Assembly (NCBI GenBank): GCA_049472215.1
Contig: JBLIRH010000006.1
Location: 1,068 to 65,067, forward strand
Source: Thermoplasmatota archaeon
Lineage (GTDB): Archaea > Thermoplasmatota > Penumbrarchaeia > Penumbrarchaeales > Penumbrarchaeaceae
Direction: 5' to 3'
Length of the DNA stretch: 64,000 bases
Positions 30,770-39,461 of this stretch are shown one piece after another (positions within the stretch are counted from its first letter, which is position 1; the number at the start of each line of letters is the position of its first letter). The notes beneath the pieces were generated by a model, which did no database searches, was not told the origin of the DNA, and saw nothing but the letters and a program-made list of their open reading frames with translations. Position numbers and translations under genes: made by a program.

Positions 30770-33400
30770 ATGGAGGGCAAGGTCTGGCTGGTACCGATAT
30801 TATTATTGTTGATGCTTGCTCCGGCTCTGATCATCCTGATGGTCGATGATGATCCAGTGGTTGGATCAAATGACGTTACAAGATCATTTGATGGTCCTTC
30901 CTTCTTCACCGAGAGAATATACCACGAGAACGATCTGGTCTACAGGGCCACTTCAGCTGACCTTATGGCCGATGATCCAGGGGACGAGCTCGCAACCTGT
31001 TCCAAGAACGGGAAGGTCGTTGTCATTCATGGGACAAGATGGTCATGGACATCGACGGTGGTCCACAGGGCCACTCACGCCGCCGGGGGATCCGAAACTG
31101 CACAGGTCTACTCCCTGGATTCCGGTGATGTAATTCCCGAGGAGGAGGGGGACGAGCTTATTGCCGTCGATGAAACCTACTCCGTTAAGCTCATCCAGTA
31201 TAACGAGAAAGCGAAGGCGTGGTCGACCGATGTCCTCTGGAGGGACATGGACTGGCTCTACGAGGTCGACATCGGGGAGCTTGTGGGTGGTCCAGAACAG
31301 CCCGAGATCGTAGTGGTCGGAGAGCAGAAAAGGGCTACGATGCTGTCCCGAAGCGGGGATATCTGGATATCGACCACGATCGCAACCGACTCCGACATCT
31401 TCGAGGCCTGCTGGATAGCGGACCTTTACCCCGAAAGGCCCGGGAACGAGGTCCTGCTGGGCGGCGGTAGGGGTATCCTTTTCTCATCCTATCTTGAGGA
31501 CGGGATATGGAAGCAGGAGGAGCTCTTTGACCTGGAAAGCCAGATAACGGACCTTCTGGTCGTCGATATGGATCCGGCGATAGACGGGGAAGAGGTCTAT
31601 GCATCGACCATAAAGGGGAATGTATGGAAGGTCTGGATGACCGAAGGGAACTGGACAGGCACGGTCATCCATTCGGAGAATAAACTTATCTACGGCATGG
31701 AAACCGGGATCTACAGGGATGCTGCCATACTTTCCATCGGAACATGGAACAACAGGGTCGGCATCATCTGGTATCAGGACGGTTTTCAGTTCCAGGAGGT
31801 ATACCGGGAGGAATACCTCATCATGGGGACAGCTATCCTGGACATCGATCCGGCATACGAGGGGGCCGAGATACTTGCTCTCAGCTACCTCGGAAGGGTA
31901 ACAATGATCTACCAGGAGGATGCAGGGGCGGAGATCATCCTGCCTTTCCAATGGTTCACTGTCTCGGTGGGAGAGACCGTCAAGGTGCCCTTCATCGTTG
32001 AAGGCCTTGGAGGATACGAGGGCGATGTGGAACTGTCCATACATAGTAACGGAGGGGCTTACAATATCCAGCTTTCCGAGAGTTCGGTCAGTGCCAATTC
32101 GATCTCATATCTGGAAGTAAGAGGTATCTCCCCCAGCGAAGATCCCATTCCCGGAATGATCCAGGCCAATACCAGCCATGGCATTTTCAGAAAGTCCGTC
32201 TTTGTACATGTAAAAGAGAACGTTGCGGAATATACCATTCCGGGTCCGGTCATTGAAACGGAAGTGAATGCAGACGGTCAGACAGGTATCTCCTTCGATG
32301 TGGTCTCGCAGGACCAGGAGCCCTTCGACCTTCAATTCTCCAAGTTTCTCCTGCCTGTGGGGATGGCCCTTCAGGGGGTCGATGAGGATCTGATGGTGGA
32401 CAAGAATCACTTCAAGATCTACGGAATCCTCTCCTCCGAGAGATGGGTCCCTGTCCGGGATTACAGGTTCTTCATGATAACCGACGGCGGTAACGGTACG
32501 TTGAGAGCAGTTGGAGTTAATGTTGAAGTGAATCCCTGGCAGGAACCGACATTCAGGCTCAGCATCGAGGAGCCTCTGGTTTCGATCCCTGTCGGCGGCA
32601 ACACAACACTGGTCCTGAACGCCATCTCCCTTAACGGTTTTGAGGAGAACGTCTCTCTGACGTATTCCCCTGATGTCCCCGGGATCTCGATATCCTTTTC
32701 AGAGGACCGCCTGCAACCTACAGGTTCGGTGGAGGTTCTGATAGAGCTGACCGAACCACTTGAGGACCAGCTGATCACATTGATCGGGACTGCCGGTATG
32801 CTGAAGATCGAGACCTACCTCTTCCTGAAGGTCGAGCCGCCTGCGAAATTCCTGGAATTGACCTTCGAACGGGACGGCTATACCTACGAAAATGAAGACA
32901 ATGGGATGGCGACCTCCCGATTCTGGGTGATCTTCACACCCAGGAACGGGGAGCTCCGCGACCTCAAGATCGAGCTACAGGGTCTTCCCGATAATTTCAC
33001 CGCCACCTACGCCCCGAAAAGTCTGCAGAGCCTCTACTATCCCATCAACATCTCCTTCATGATCACCGGCCCTGAGAAGGAGGCTCCCGGATCTGTTCTC
33101 GTCAAGGTCTCCGGACCTGAAGAAGGACCATGGAGTTCGGAGGTTACCCTCATCAAGGAAGAAGAACCCGCCGACGGGAATGATGACAACGGACGGATCA
33201 TCCTTCTGATCATCCTCGGAACCATCCTGTTCTTGGCAGCCGGAGCCGGTCTGTATTTCAGGCTCCGTGCATCGAGAGATTTAAATCGTGATGAGGACCT
33301 TGAAGAGGCCCATGGGAGGGATGTCGGCCTACCTCGCCGTTCTGCGTCCCCTGAACGGTTCCATGGCAGCCGCAGCGGTCCTGATAGGTTCCATCGTTGA
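30770..33400 (+). CDS. Large surface protein: N-terminal signal anchor, ~7 beta-propeller-like (FG-GAP/VCBS-like) repeats, Ig-like region, C-terminal TM anchor
   Basis: 876 aa. Repeated W-containing blades (RWSWTSTVVH, AKAWSTDVLW, GDIWISTTIA, DGIWKQEELF, GNWTGTVIHS, QDGFQFQEVY). The C-terminal TM is IILLIILGTILFLAAGAGLYF, followed by a charged tail. Confidence 0.7.
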   Translation: MEGKVWLVPILLLLMLAPALIILMVDDDPVVGSNDVTRSFDGPSFFTERIYHENDLVYRATSADLMADDPGDELATCSKNGKVVVIHGTRWSWTSTVVHRATHAAGGSETAQVYSLDSGDVIPEEEGDELIAVDETYSVKLIQYNEKAKAWSTDVLWRDMDWLYEVDIGELVGGPEQPEIVVVGEQKRATMLSRSGDIWISTTIATDSDIFEACWIADLYPERPGNEVLLGGGRGILFSSYLEDGIWKQEELFDLESQITDLLVVDMDPAIDGEEVYASTIKGNVWKVWMTEGNWTGTVIHSENKLIYGMETGIYRDAAILSIGTWNNRVGIIWYQDGFQFQEVYREEYLIMGTAILDIDPAYEGAEILALSYLGRVTMIYQEDAGAEIILPFQWFTVSVGETVKVPFIVEGLGGYEGDVELSIHSNGGAYNIQLSESSVSANSISYLEVRGISPSEDPIPGMIQANTSHGIFRKSVFVHVKENVAEYTIPGPVIETEVNADGQTGISFDVVSQDQEPFDLQFSKFLLPVGMALQGVDEDLMVDKNHFKIYGILSSERWVPVRDYRFFMITDGGNGTLRAVGVNVEVNPWQEPTFRLSIEEPLVSIPVGGNTTLVLNAISLNGFEENVSLTYSPDVPGISISFSEDRLQPTGSVEVLIELTEPLEDQLITLIGTAGMLKIETYLFLKVEPPAKFLELTFERDGYTYENEDNGMATSRFWVIFTPRNGELRDLKIELQGLPDNFTATYAPKSLQSLYYPINISFMITGPEKEAPGSVLVKVSGPEEGPWSSEVTLIKEEEPADGNDDNGRIILLIILGTILFLAAGAGLYFRLRASRDLNRDEDLEEAHGRDVGLPRRSASPERFHGSRSGPDRFHR

Positions 33401-34154
33401 ACCTGAACAGGGTCTTTTCGATCACACCGCAGCCGTCATTCTCCTTTCCATTTCGGCGTTCCTTGTGGCTTCCGGAGGGAACATCCTCAACGACCTTGGG
33501 GATATCGAGATCGACAGGAAGGCCCACCCCAGACGTCCGCTCCCCTCCGGGCTCCTGGCCGAAAAGGACGCAAGAGGTCTTCTGGCTGCTTCATGGACAG
33601 CCGCCATCCTGCTGGTATCAACAGCCTCTTTGCTCCTGAAGGCCGTTCTTCCGGTCGTGATCGTTCTGGTCTCGATAGGACTTCTGGTCCTGTACGAGAG
33701 GAGCCTGAAGGAAAAGGGAGCGTTCGGTAACGTCTGCATCGGTGTCCTGACAGGCGCGCCCTTTCTCCTTGGGGCATCCGCCGGAAGTTTCTCCTCGATG
33801 ATAGCTGCCATCTTTCTCATGGCCTCGCTTTCGAACATTTCCAGGGAGATGATGAAGGATGTCGAGGACATGGAAGTGGACAAGGGGCATCGGTCGACCG
33901 TTGCCACCGACCTTGGGAAACAGCCTGCGATGATGATCGCATCGGCGGTCATGCTTCTTGCTGTCATCGCAAGCGTTATCCCCGTTTTCTCGATCGGGGC
34001 CGATACCTTATACATTGCCGGGATCGCCGTCGCCGATTGGGTGCTTCTAATATCTGTTATCAGGTCCTGGCACGATCCAAGGATCGGACAGCGGATAGCC
34101 AAGCTGGGCATGTTCACCGCAATGATCGTATTCTTCATCTGGGGAATGACATAG
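33321..34154 (+). CDS. UbiA-family prenyltransferase, likely digeranylgeranylglyceryl phosphate (DGGGP) synthase
   Basis: NILNDLGDIEIDRKAHPRRPLPSG (NxxxDxxxD) and about 8 TM helices. The ORF track starts at 33288; I prefer M12 (MSAYLAVLRPLNG...), which is typical of the family. Either start overlaps the 3' end of the upstream gene. Confidence 0.75.
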   Translation: MSAYLAVLRPLNGSMAAAAVLIGSIVEPEQGLFDHTAAVILLSISAFLVASGGNILNDLGDIEIDRKAHPRRPLPSGLLAEKDARGLLAASWTAAILLVSTASLLLKAVLPVVIVLVSIGLLVLYERSLKEKGAFGNVCIGVLTGAPFLLGASAGSFSSMIAAIFLMASLSNISREMMKDVEDMEVDKGHRSTVATDLGKQPAMMIASAVMLLAVIASVIPVFSIGADTLYIAGIAVADWVLLISVIRSWHDPRIGQRIAKLGMFTAMIVFFIWGMT

Positions 34155-34204
34155 ATGCAATTGTGTGGGAAAGATTAATCATCCATCAAACATTAGGCGA
34201 AGTC

Positions 34205-37200
34205 ATGCGATGGGTTCACCTTGCAGTGGCTCTTATCCTGTTGGCAGCCTCGGTTATGGTGTTCGGGGGACTCACCGGAAGCCAGGGAGACCCTTCCATT
34301 CACTTCGAACCCTTTGCTACAGTGGACCATTCGCCTATCACCATTAACGGTAACTCGGCTCTTCAAACAAGGGCCTCATCGGAGGGATGGCCCGGATCAG
34401 GTTCTGACGTGGACCCGTACATCATTCAAAACTACAGGATAATGGCATCGGGAGCCACATGCATCTCGATATCCAATACCGACCTCCATCTGGTGATACG
34501 GGGATGCAATCTCACCGTGTCCTCACAGGCCGGAATACTCCTTTCAGGATCGAGCAATGTCAGGATCACCGAGAACCTGATCGGACCGAACGATGCTGAC
34601 GGCATCAGGCTCAGCAATTCCCCGGGTAATCTAATAGACAACAACACAATGGACGCCGATAATATCTTCGTTATGAACTACAACGGGATCCATCTTATCG
34701 GTTCCTCATCGGGAAATCTCATCCGCAACAACAGCATCCATCGTTCGGAGAACGACGGCATCCGGATCGAGGACACCTCTACCGACAATGTTCTCAGCGG
34801 CAATACCCTGATAGAGAACCTCAACAACGGGATCCTCCTCGGTTCGGATCGCAACCAGGTGATCGACGGCACCTTGTGGGCCAACAAGGTGGGCGTGACG
34901 GTGGATGGAAGTGATATCCAGATAAGCGGGAACAAGTTCAGGCAGAACTCCTGGGGGGTCAACCTGCACACCGGGGGGCGGAACATCGTACGGAACAACA
35001 ACTTCGTCAGGAACAACTACGGTGTGAGGATATTCATCTCGGATGACAACCAGGTCTATTCCAATTACATCCTAAAATCGGACAAGTTCGGAATAGATGT
35101 CGAACACACCTCGGCGAGCGGGAACAGGATATTCGACAATCATCTCTTCTACAACAACGGCACGGGGAGCTATTACGTGTTCGAGAAGAGGCAGGCCAGG
35201 GACCTCAGCAAGGATAATACCTGGCATTCCACCTCCAACCGCGGGAATTACTGGCATGACCTCAGGTCCCCCGACAACGATGACGACGGAATAGTGGATG
35301 CATGGTATTTCCTGGAGGGTGGTGAGCAGCATGACTTTCGCCCGCTGGTCAACTCCGTTATACCCGACGTCTTCACTCCGCCCAAGAAACTTGCGGCTCA
35401 ACCGGGAAAGGACCATATCAACCTGACATGGTGGCCGGTCAACTACGGAATGGGGGTCAGGGTCCAGTATTTCAACATCTTCAAGAATGAAAGGGAAGGG
35501 GGCGAATTCTACCTGGACAGCGCTGCCTCCGATGTTCTGCACTACACTGACTGGGACGTTGTCCCGGGCAGAAGCTACTTTTACTATATCACGGCCGTGA
35601 CCGATATAGCGGAAAGCAACCGCTCCAACAGGGTAAAGAGCTCCCCGGACGTTGTGAGACCCACGGTTACCGTCGGGTCCCCCAAAGAGGGAGCCGTCTT
35701 TAACGACCCGGACGTTTACGTTGATTGGATAGGTGTTGACAACATTGCCATAGACCGATTCGAGATCACCCTTGACGAAGATCCGACCATAGACGTCGGA
35801 CTCAACGATCACTACCTGTTCCTGGACCTCACCGAGGGGCCGCATACCTTCGAGGTGAGGATCTTCGATATGGCCGAGCATAACAGGAGCGATACGACGT
35901 GGTTCATCATCGATACCATCAAACCGTCCATAGACATCGAAGCTCCTGAAGAAGGTCCGATCCTCTTCGATACCGACACTCCATTGATATCATGGTCATC
36001 GCAGGATATCGGACCCGGCATCGATCATCATATGATCACCCATGACGGCGAAAACTGGACCCGTCTCGGGGATGTGAAGGAATACCAGTTCACCTCACCC
36101 ATAGATGCTGGACATCACACCATAACAGTGAGATGCGTCGACAAGGGAGGGAACTGGGCCGAGGACCGGGTAGAGATCATAGTCGATCTTGAGCCGCCCA
36201 CGCTTTGGATAGTCGCACCCGCTGGACCGGGTTATTACAATGACCGGACAATAGAGATCGTCTACTCCTCCTTCGACGACCTGACAAATATATCGGAATA
36301 TCAGGTCAGGATCGACACGGGGAACTGGATGTCGAAAGGTCTTGCAAGGTCGCACAATTTCACCTACCTCGACGAGGGGCAACACTACCTTTACGTGAAG
36401 GCCATCGACGGGGCAGGGAACGAGGTGATCGTTTCGACCACCGGGACGGTCGATATGACCCCCCCTGAGCTCAACGTTCTGAACCTTGAAGACGGTGTGA
36501 TGTACAACAAGCCCGTGACCCTTGAATGGGAGGTCTGGGATGTGCTGTCCGGGATGGAGCACACCAGGATAAGCAATGACGGGGGTGAATGGAAGTCCTA
36601 CACCACACCGAAACCTGTACTCCTCGAGGTCTTCGAGGACGGGGAACATTTCGTCCTCATCGAAGCCGTCGACAAGGCCGGGAATGTCCTGTCGCTGAAC
36701 ATCTCGTATCTTTTCGACGGGACCTCGCCCTTCATCGCATTTGCGAATCCCGGCGGTATCAACGTACCGATCAATGCCAGCATCTCGATCATGTTCTCGG
36801 AGGCAATGGACAGAGAATCCGTCGTTGTGGATTCTCCCGGGATAGAGGGAAGGCTGCTATGGGACGGAAACAACCTGACCCTGGACCCTGCCTCCTCACT
36901 CAATTATTCCAGGAAATACTCGATAGCTGTCCAGGGCAGGGACCTCGCGGGGAACGATATGGTTCCTTTCAACTGGTTCTTCGTGACCGTCGAGGACCTC
37001 TCGCTGAAATACGGAAGGGTCTACGGCAGGGCCGTAACCACCGACGGAGCTCCCATACCTTACGCAAGCTACAGGTTCAAGACAGGAGAGAAAGGGACCT
37101 GCGACAGCGAGGGAAGGTTCGATACCTTTGTTACGACCGGGGAGAATTTCATCATAGTCTCGAACAATACGTTCAGGGATACCAAGGTTGATTTCGAGGT

Positions 37201-37531
37201 ATACCAGGGAGATGTGCAGAACCTGGGGGACATACCGCTCAGGTCCGAAAAGGAGGCACAGACGGACGATGAGGGGAAGGACACCAATGTCGGTATGATC
37301 ATCCTGATCGTCATCGTTGTAACGGTCATTGTCATAGGTATCGGGATCGGGGTCGCGTATCAGGTCAAAAAGACCAGGGAATACAACAGGATGGGGCCAG
37401 TATTTGATGAATGGGTGAATGTGACGGACCTGAAGACCCAGACCCATAGCCCTACACCCCCACCCAGAACTTCACCTCCACCTGCGTTTCCGCCTCCTTC
37501 CGCAGGATCAGAAGAAGGCATCAAGAGATGA
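34205..37531 (+). CDS. Giant surface protein: right-handed parallel beta-helix (NosD/PbH1) repeats, FN3/Ig-like domains, CarboxypepD_reg-like domain, C-terminal TM and Pro-rich tail
   Basis: The ORF track starts at 34037. I prefer ATG at 34205 (MRWVHLAVALILLAASVMVFGG), a signal anchor that removes the overlap with the UbiA gene. Repeated N-rich beta-helix rungs (GIRLSNSPGNLIDNNT, GIRIEDTSTDNVLSGNT...), multiple ~90-aa Ig-like repeats, the TM segment MIILIVIVVTVIVIGIGIGVA, and the tail PTPPPRTSPPPAFPPPS. Confidence 0.8.
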   Translation: MRWVHLAVALILLAASVMVFGGLTGSQGDPSIHFEPFATVDHSPITINGNSALQTRASSEGWPGSGSDVDPYIIQNYRIMASGATCISISNTDLHLVIRGCNLTVSSQAGILLSGSSNVRITENLIGPNDADGIRLSNSPGNLIDNNTMDADNIFVMNYNGIHLIGSSSGNLIRNNSIHRSENDGIRIEDTSTDNVLSGNTLIENLNNGILLGSDRNQVIDGTLWANKVGVTVDGSDIQISGNKFRQNSWGVNLHTGGRNIVRNNNFVRNNYGVRIFISDDNQVYSNYILKSDKFGIDVEHTSASGNRIFDNHLFYNNGTGSYYVFEKRQARDLSKDNTWHSTSNRGNYWHDLRSPDNDDDGIVDAWYFLEGGEQHDFRPLVNSVIPDVFTPPKKLAAQPGKDHINLTWWPVNYGMGVRVQYFNIFKNEREGGEFYLDSAASDVLHYTDWDVVPGRSYFYYITAVTDIAESNRSNRVKSSPDVVRPTVTVGSPKEGAVFNDPDVYVDWIGVDNIAIDRFEITLDEDPTIDVGLNDHYLFLDLTEGPHTFEVRIFDMAEHNRSDTTWFIIDTIKPSIDIEAPEEGPILFDTDTPLISWSSQDIGPGIDHHMITHDGENWTRLGDVKEYQFTSPIDAGHHTITVRCVDKGGNWAEDRVEIIVDLEPPTLWIVAPAGPGYYNDRTIEIVYSSFDDLTNISEYQVRIDTGNWMSKGLARSHNFTYLDEGQHYLYVKAIDGAGNEVIVSTTGTVDMTPPELNVLNLEDGVMYNKPVTLEWEVWDVLSGMEHTRISNDGGEWKSYTTPKPVLLEVFEDGEHFVLIEAVDKAGNVLSLNISYLFDGTSPFIAFANPGGINVPINASISIMFSEAMDRESVVVDSPGIEGRLLWDGNNLTLDPASSLNYSRKYSIAVQGRDLAGNDMVPFNWFFVTVEDLSLKYGRVYGRAVTTDGAPIPYASYRFKTGEKGTCDSEGRFDTFVTTGENFIIVSNNTFRDTKVDFEVYQGDVQNLGDIPLRSEKEAQTDDEGKDTNVGMIILIVIVVTVIVIGIGIGVAYQVKKTREYNRMGPVFDEWVNVTDLKTQTHSPTPPPRTSPPPAFPPPSAGSEEGIKR

Positions 37532-38527
37532 TTGGGAAGGACTCTTCGTGAACGATCCCATCTGGTCCAGAGTTTTCTCAACACCGGCCCTTCCGAACTC
37601 CCTCTCATCGACAAGGAACGAAATGAGGGCGTCCCTATCCGACTCTCCGAAATCCAGTGAATAATCATCGGTCACGAGCGGTTTCATGAAGATACTGCGG
37701 ACCTGATCCCATTCCAGGAGAGGGATCCTCTTCTCCTTCGCCACCTGCTCGAGGGACCCGTACTCGGTGATGAGGGCCAGGGCCTTCTTCGGCCCGATCC
37801 CCTTAACACCTTCGTTGAAATCGGTACCCATCATGATCGCCATATCGATCAACTGTTCCCGGGATATTCCGAGATCCGTCAATGTCCCTGTTAGGTCAAC
37901 GACCTCGGGCTCCACGTTTATCCATACCCTCTTTCCGGGTAACTTTCTCCTTCCGGTAACGGCAAGGTTACGGATAAGCAGAGGGCACCCGAAAAGAAGC
38001 GAATCGAAATCCTGGGATGATGCTCCGTACACGTCCCCCTTGCCTGCCATGTAGGAAGCCTGTGCCTCTCCCTCCCCCGGCGCCTGGATCCACGGCATCC
38101 CCATAAGGTCGAGGAGTCGTTTTGCATCATCGACCATCTCGTCCGAAAGCCTCGAGGTCTGCTGGGCCTTTGTCCTTGCAGTCTCAAGGTCCCCTTCCTC
38201 AAGGGCTTTTTCCCAGTCCATTCTGGCCTTCTCCTTCCTCTCCCTTCTCAGTTCCAGCGTCCCCTTCTTCAGCTCGTGGGGTTTCCCGTCGAATATGAAA
38301 ACCGGTCTTACACCATCGGAAACAAGGCTGGATGTCCTGTTAAAAAGGCCCTTGAGGTGGGATACGACGTTCCCGGAGGAATCGGTAAGGGGAAATCCCT
38401 CGGGTGTCCTTATGGAAGCCACGAACTGATAAAGGATATTGTATGCGTCCATACCGACGACCTTCCCTTCCAGCTCACCTTCGCGGATAGCCCGTTTCAC
38501 AACGAGGTCGCCGAGCTTAACTCCCAT
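37508..38527 (-). CDS. fen: Flap endonuclease 1
   Basis: MGVKLGDLV... N-terminus with XPG-N/XPG-I patterns (VFIFDGKP, GEGEAQASY). The C-terminal PCNA-interacting PIP box is QSSLDAFF. Confidence 0.9.
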   Translation of the reverse strand: MGVKLGDLVVKRAIREGELEGKVVGMDAYNILYQFVASIRTPEGFPLTDSSGNVVSHLKGLFNRTSSLVSDGVRPVFIFDGKPHELKKGTLELRRERKEKARMDWEKALEEGDLETARTKAQQTSRLSDEMVDDAKRLLDLMGMPWIQAPGEGEAQASYMAGKGDVYGASSQDFDSLLFGCPLLIRNLAVTGRRKLPGKRVWINVEPEVVDLTGTLTDLGISREQLIDMAIMMGTDFNEGVKGIGPKKALALITEYGSLEQVAKEKRIPLLEWDQVRSIFMKPLVTDDYSLDFGESDRDALISFLVDEREFGRAGVEKTLDQMGSFTKSPSQSSLDAFF

Positions 38528-38599
38528 GGACCCGCAACTGCAGGAACACCGATTAATCTTTCCATCAACTTATATGTTTAGTTGGTATTCGGGTTTCTG

Positions 38600-39460
38600 A
38601 TGAGATACGCTCACATATTCCTGACCGTTATCCTGCTGGTGTTCCTGCCAGCAGTGACCGTCGCGAACGGGGACGTCCAGCTGATGGGCGACCATTTCAT
38701 ACCGCTTGATCCCGAGGAAGGAGACACGGTGACGTTCTTCGTTCTGGTCCTAGACGAGAACGATACAGGCGTGAGGTCCGTCGATCTCGACATAGATGGG
38801 AAAAAGCATGTGATGGAACCGTACTTCGGACCCTTAGATGACCCCACCTCCAAAGGAACGATATATTTCTGCCAGGTAACGATGGAAGAGTCCGGTACCT
38901 TCAACACGACCTACATTGCCCTCCTATCGAACGATACCGCTATCTTCAACGAGGGGCACCAGATATTCATCAATGGATCGGCCGGGAATGAGGCGGATAC
39001 TATCCTGGGACTGCCTAAGACCTACTGCGCCATATCGGTCCTGTTCATCACCTTCATCGTGATCTTCCTGACATGGTCATACTTCAAGGGAAGAAGGATG
39101 CAAAAAGAGGTGGAAGCTTCCACGGGATCTTCCAAGATCGCCTGCTCCGCATGCGGTGCGCCTATATCCATGGACGACGAGAAATGTCCGAAATGCGGTG
39201 CCGAGTTCGAAGAAGAGGAGCACATATGCGGTAACTGCGGAGCTGTCATCTCCGAAAAGGACCAAAGATGCAGGAAATGCGGCGTTAAACTGAAAGGACC
39301 GGACCCCGACAAGGAACCGGTAAAGAAGAAGAAAAAGGAAGATCCGGACCTCAAGAAGCTCGGCCGCAAGGTGGATATGACAGGGAAGGTCAAATGCAGG
39401 AAATGCGGCACCGTATACCTGAAAAAGGAAGGTTCATGTCCGGAGTGCAGTGAAAAATAG
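38600..39460 (+). CDS. Type-I membrane protein with a small ectodomain and three cytoplasmic zinc ribbons
   Basis: The ORF track uses TTG at 38582; ATG at 38600 gives the signal-like MRYAHIFLTVILLVFLPAVTVANG. A TM segment (YCAISVLFITFIVIFLTWSYF) is followed by CSACGAPISMDDEKCPKCG, CGNCGAVISEKDQRCRKCG and CRKCGTVYLKKEGSCPEC. Confidence 0.65.
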   Translation: MRYAHIFLTVILLVFLPAVTVANGDVQLMGDHFIPLDPEEGDTVTFFVLVLDENDTGVRSVDLDIDGKKHVMEPYFGPLDDPTSKGTIYFCQVTMEESGTFNTTYIALLSNDTAIFNEGHQIFINGSAGNEADTILGLPKTYCAISVLFITFIVIFLTWSYFKGRRMQKEVEASTGSSKIACSACGAPISMDDEKCPKCGAEFEEEEHICGNCGAVISEKDQRCRKCGVKLKGPDPDKEPVKKKKKEDPDLKKLGRKVDMTGKVKCRKCGTVYLKKEGSCPECSEK

Positions 39461-39461
39461 T

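Noticed and set aside
33422-34138. 238-aa minus-strand ORF opposite the UbiA-family gene
   Set aside because: The plus-strand product has the NxxxDxxxD prenyltransferase motif and regular TM helices. The antisense product is Ser/Arg/Ala-rich.
35072-36649. 269-aa and 184-aa minus-strand ORFs inside the beta-helix surface-protein gene
   Set aside because: They are shadow ORFs. The plus frame is continuous for more than 1100 codons with repeated domain structure.
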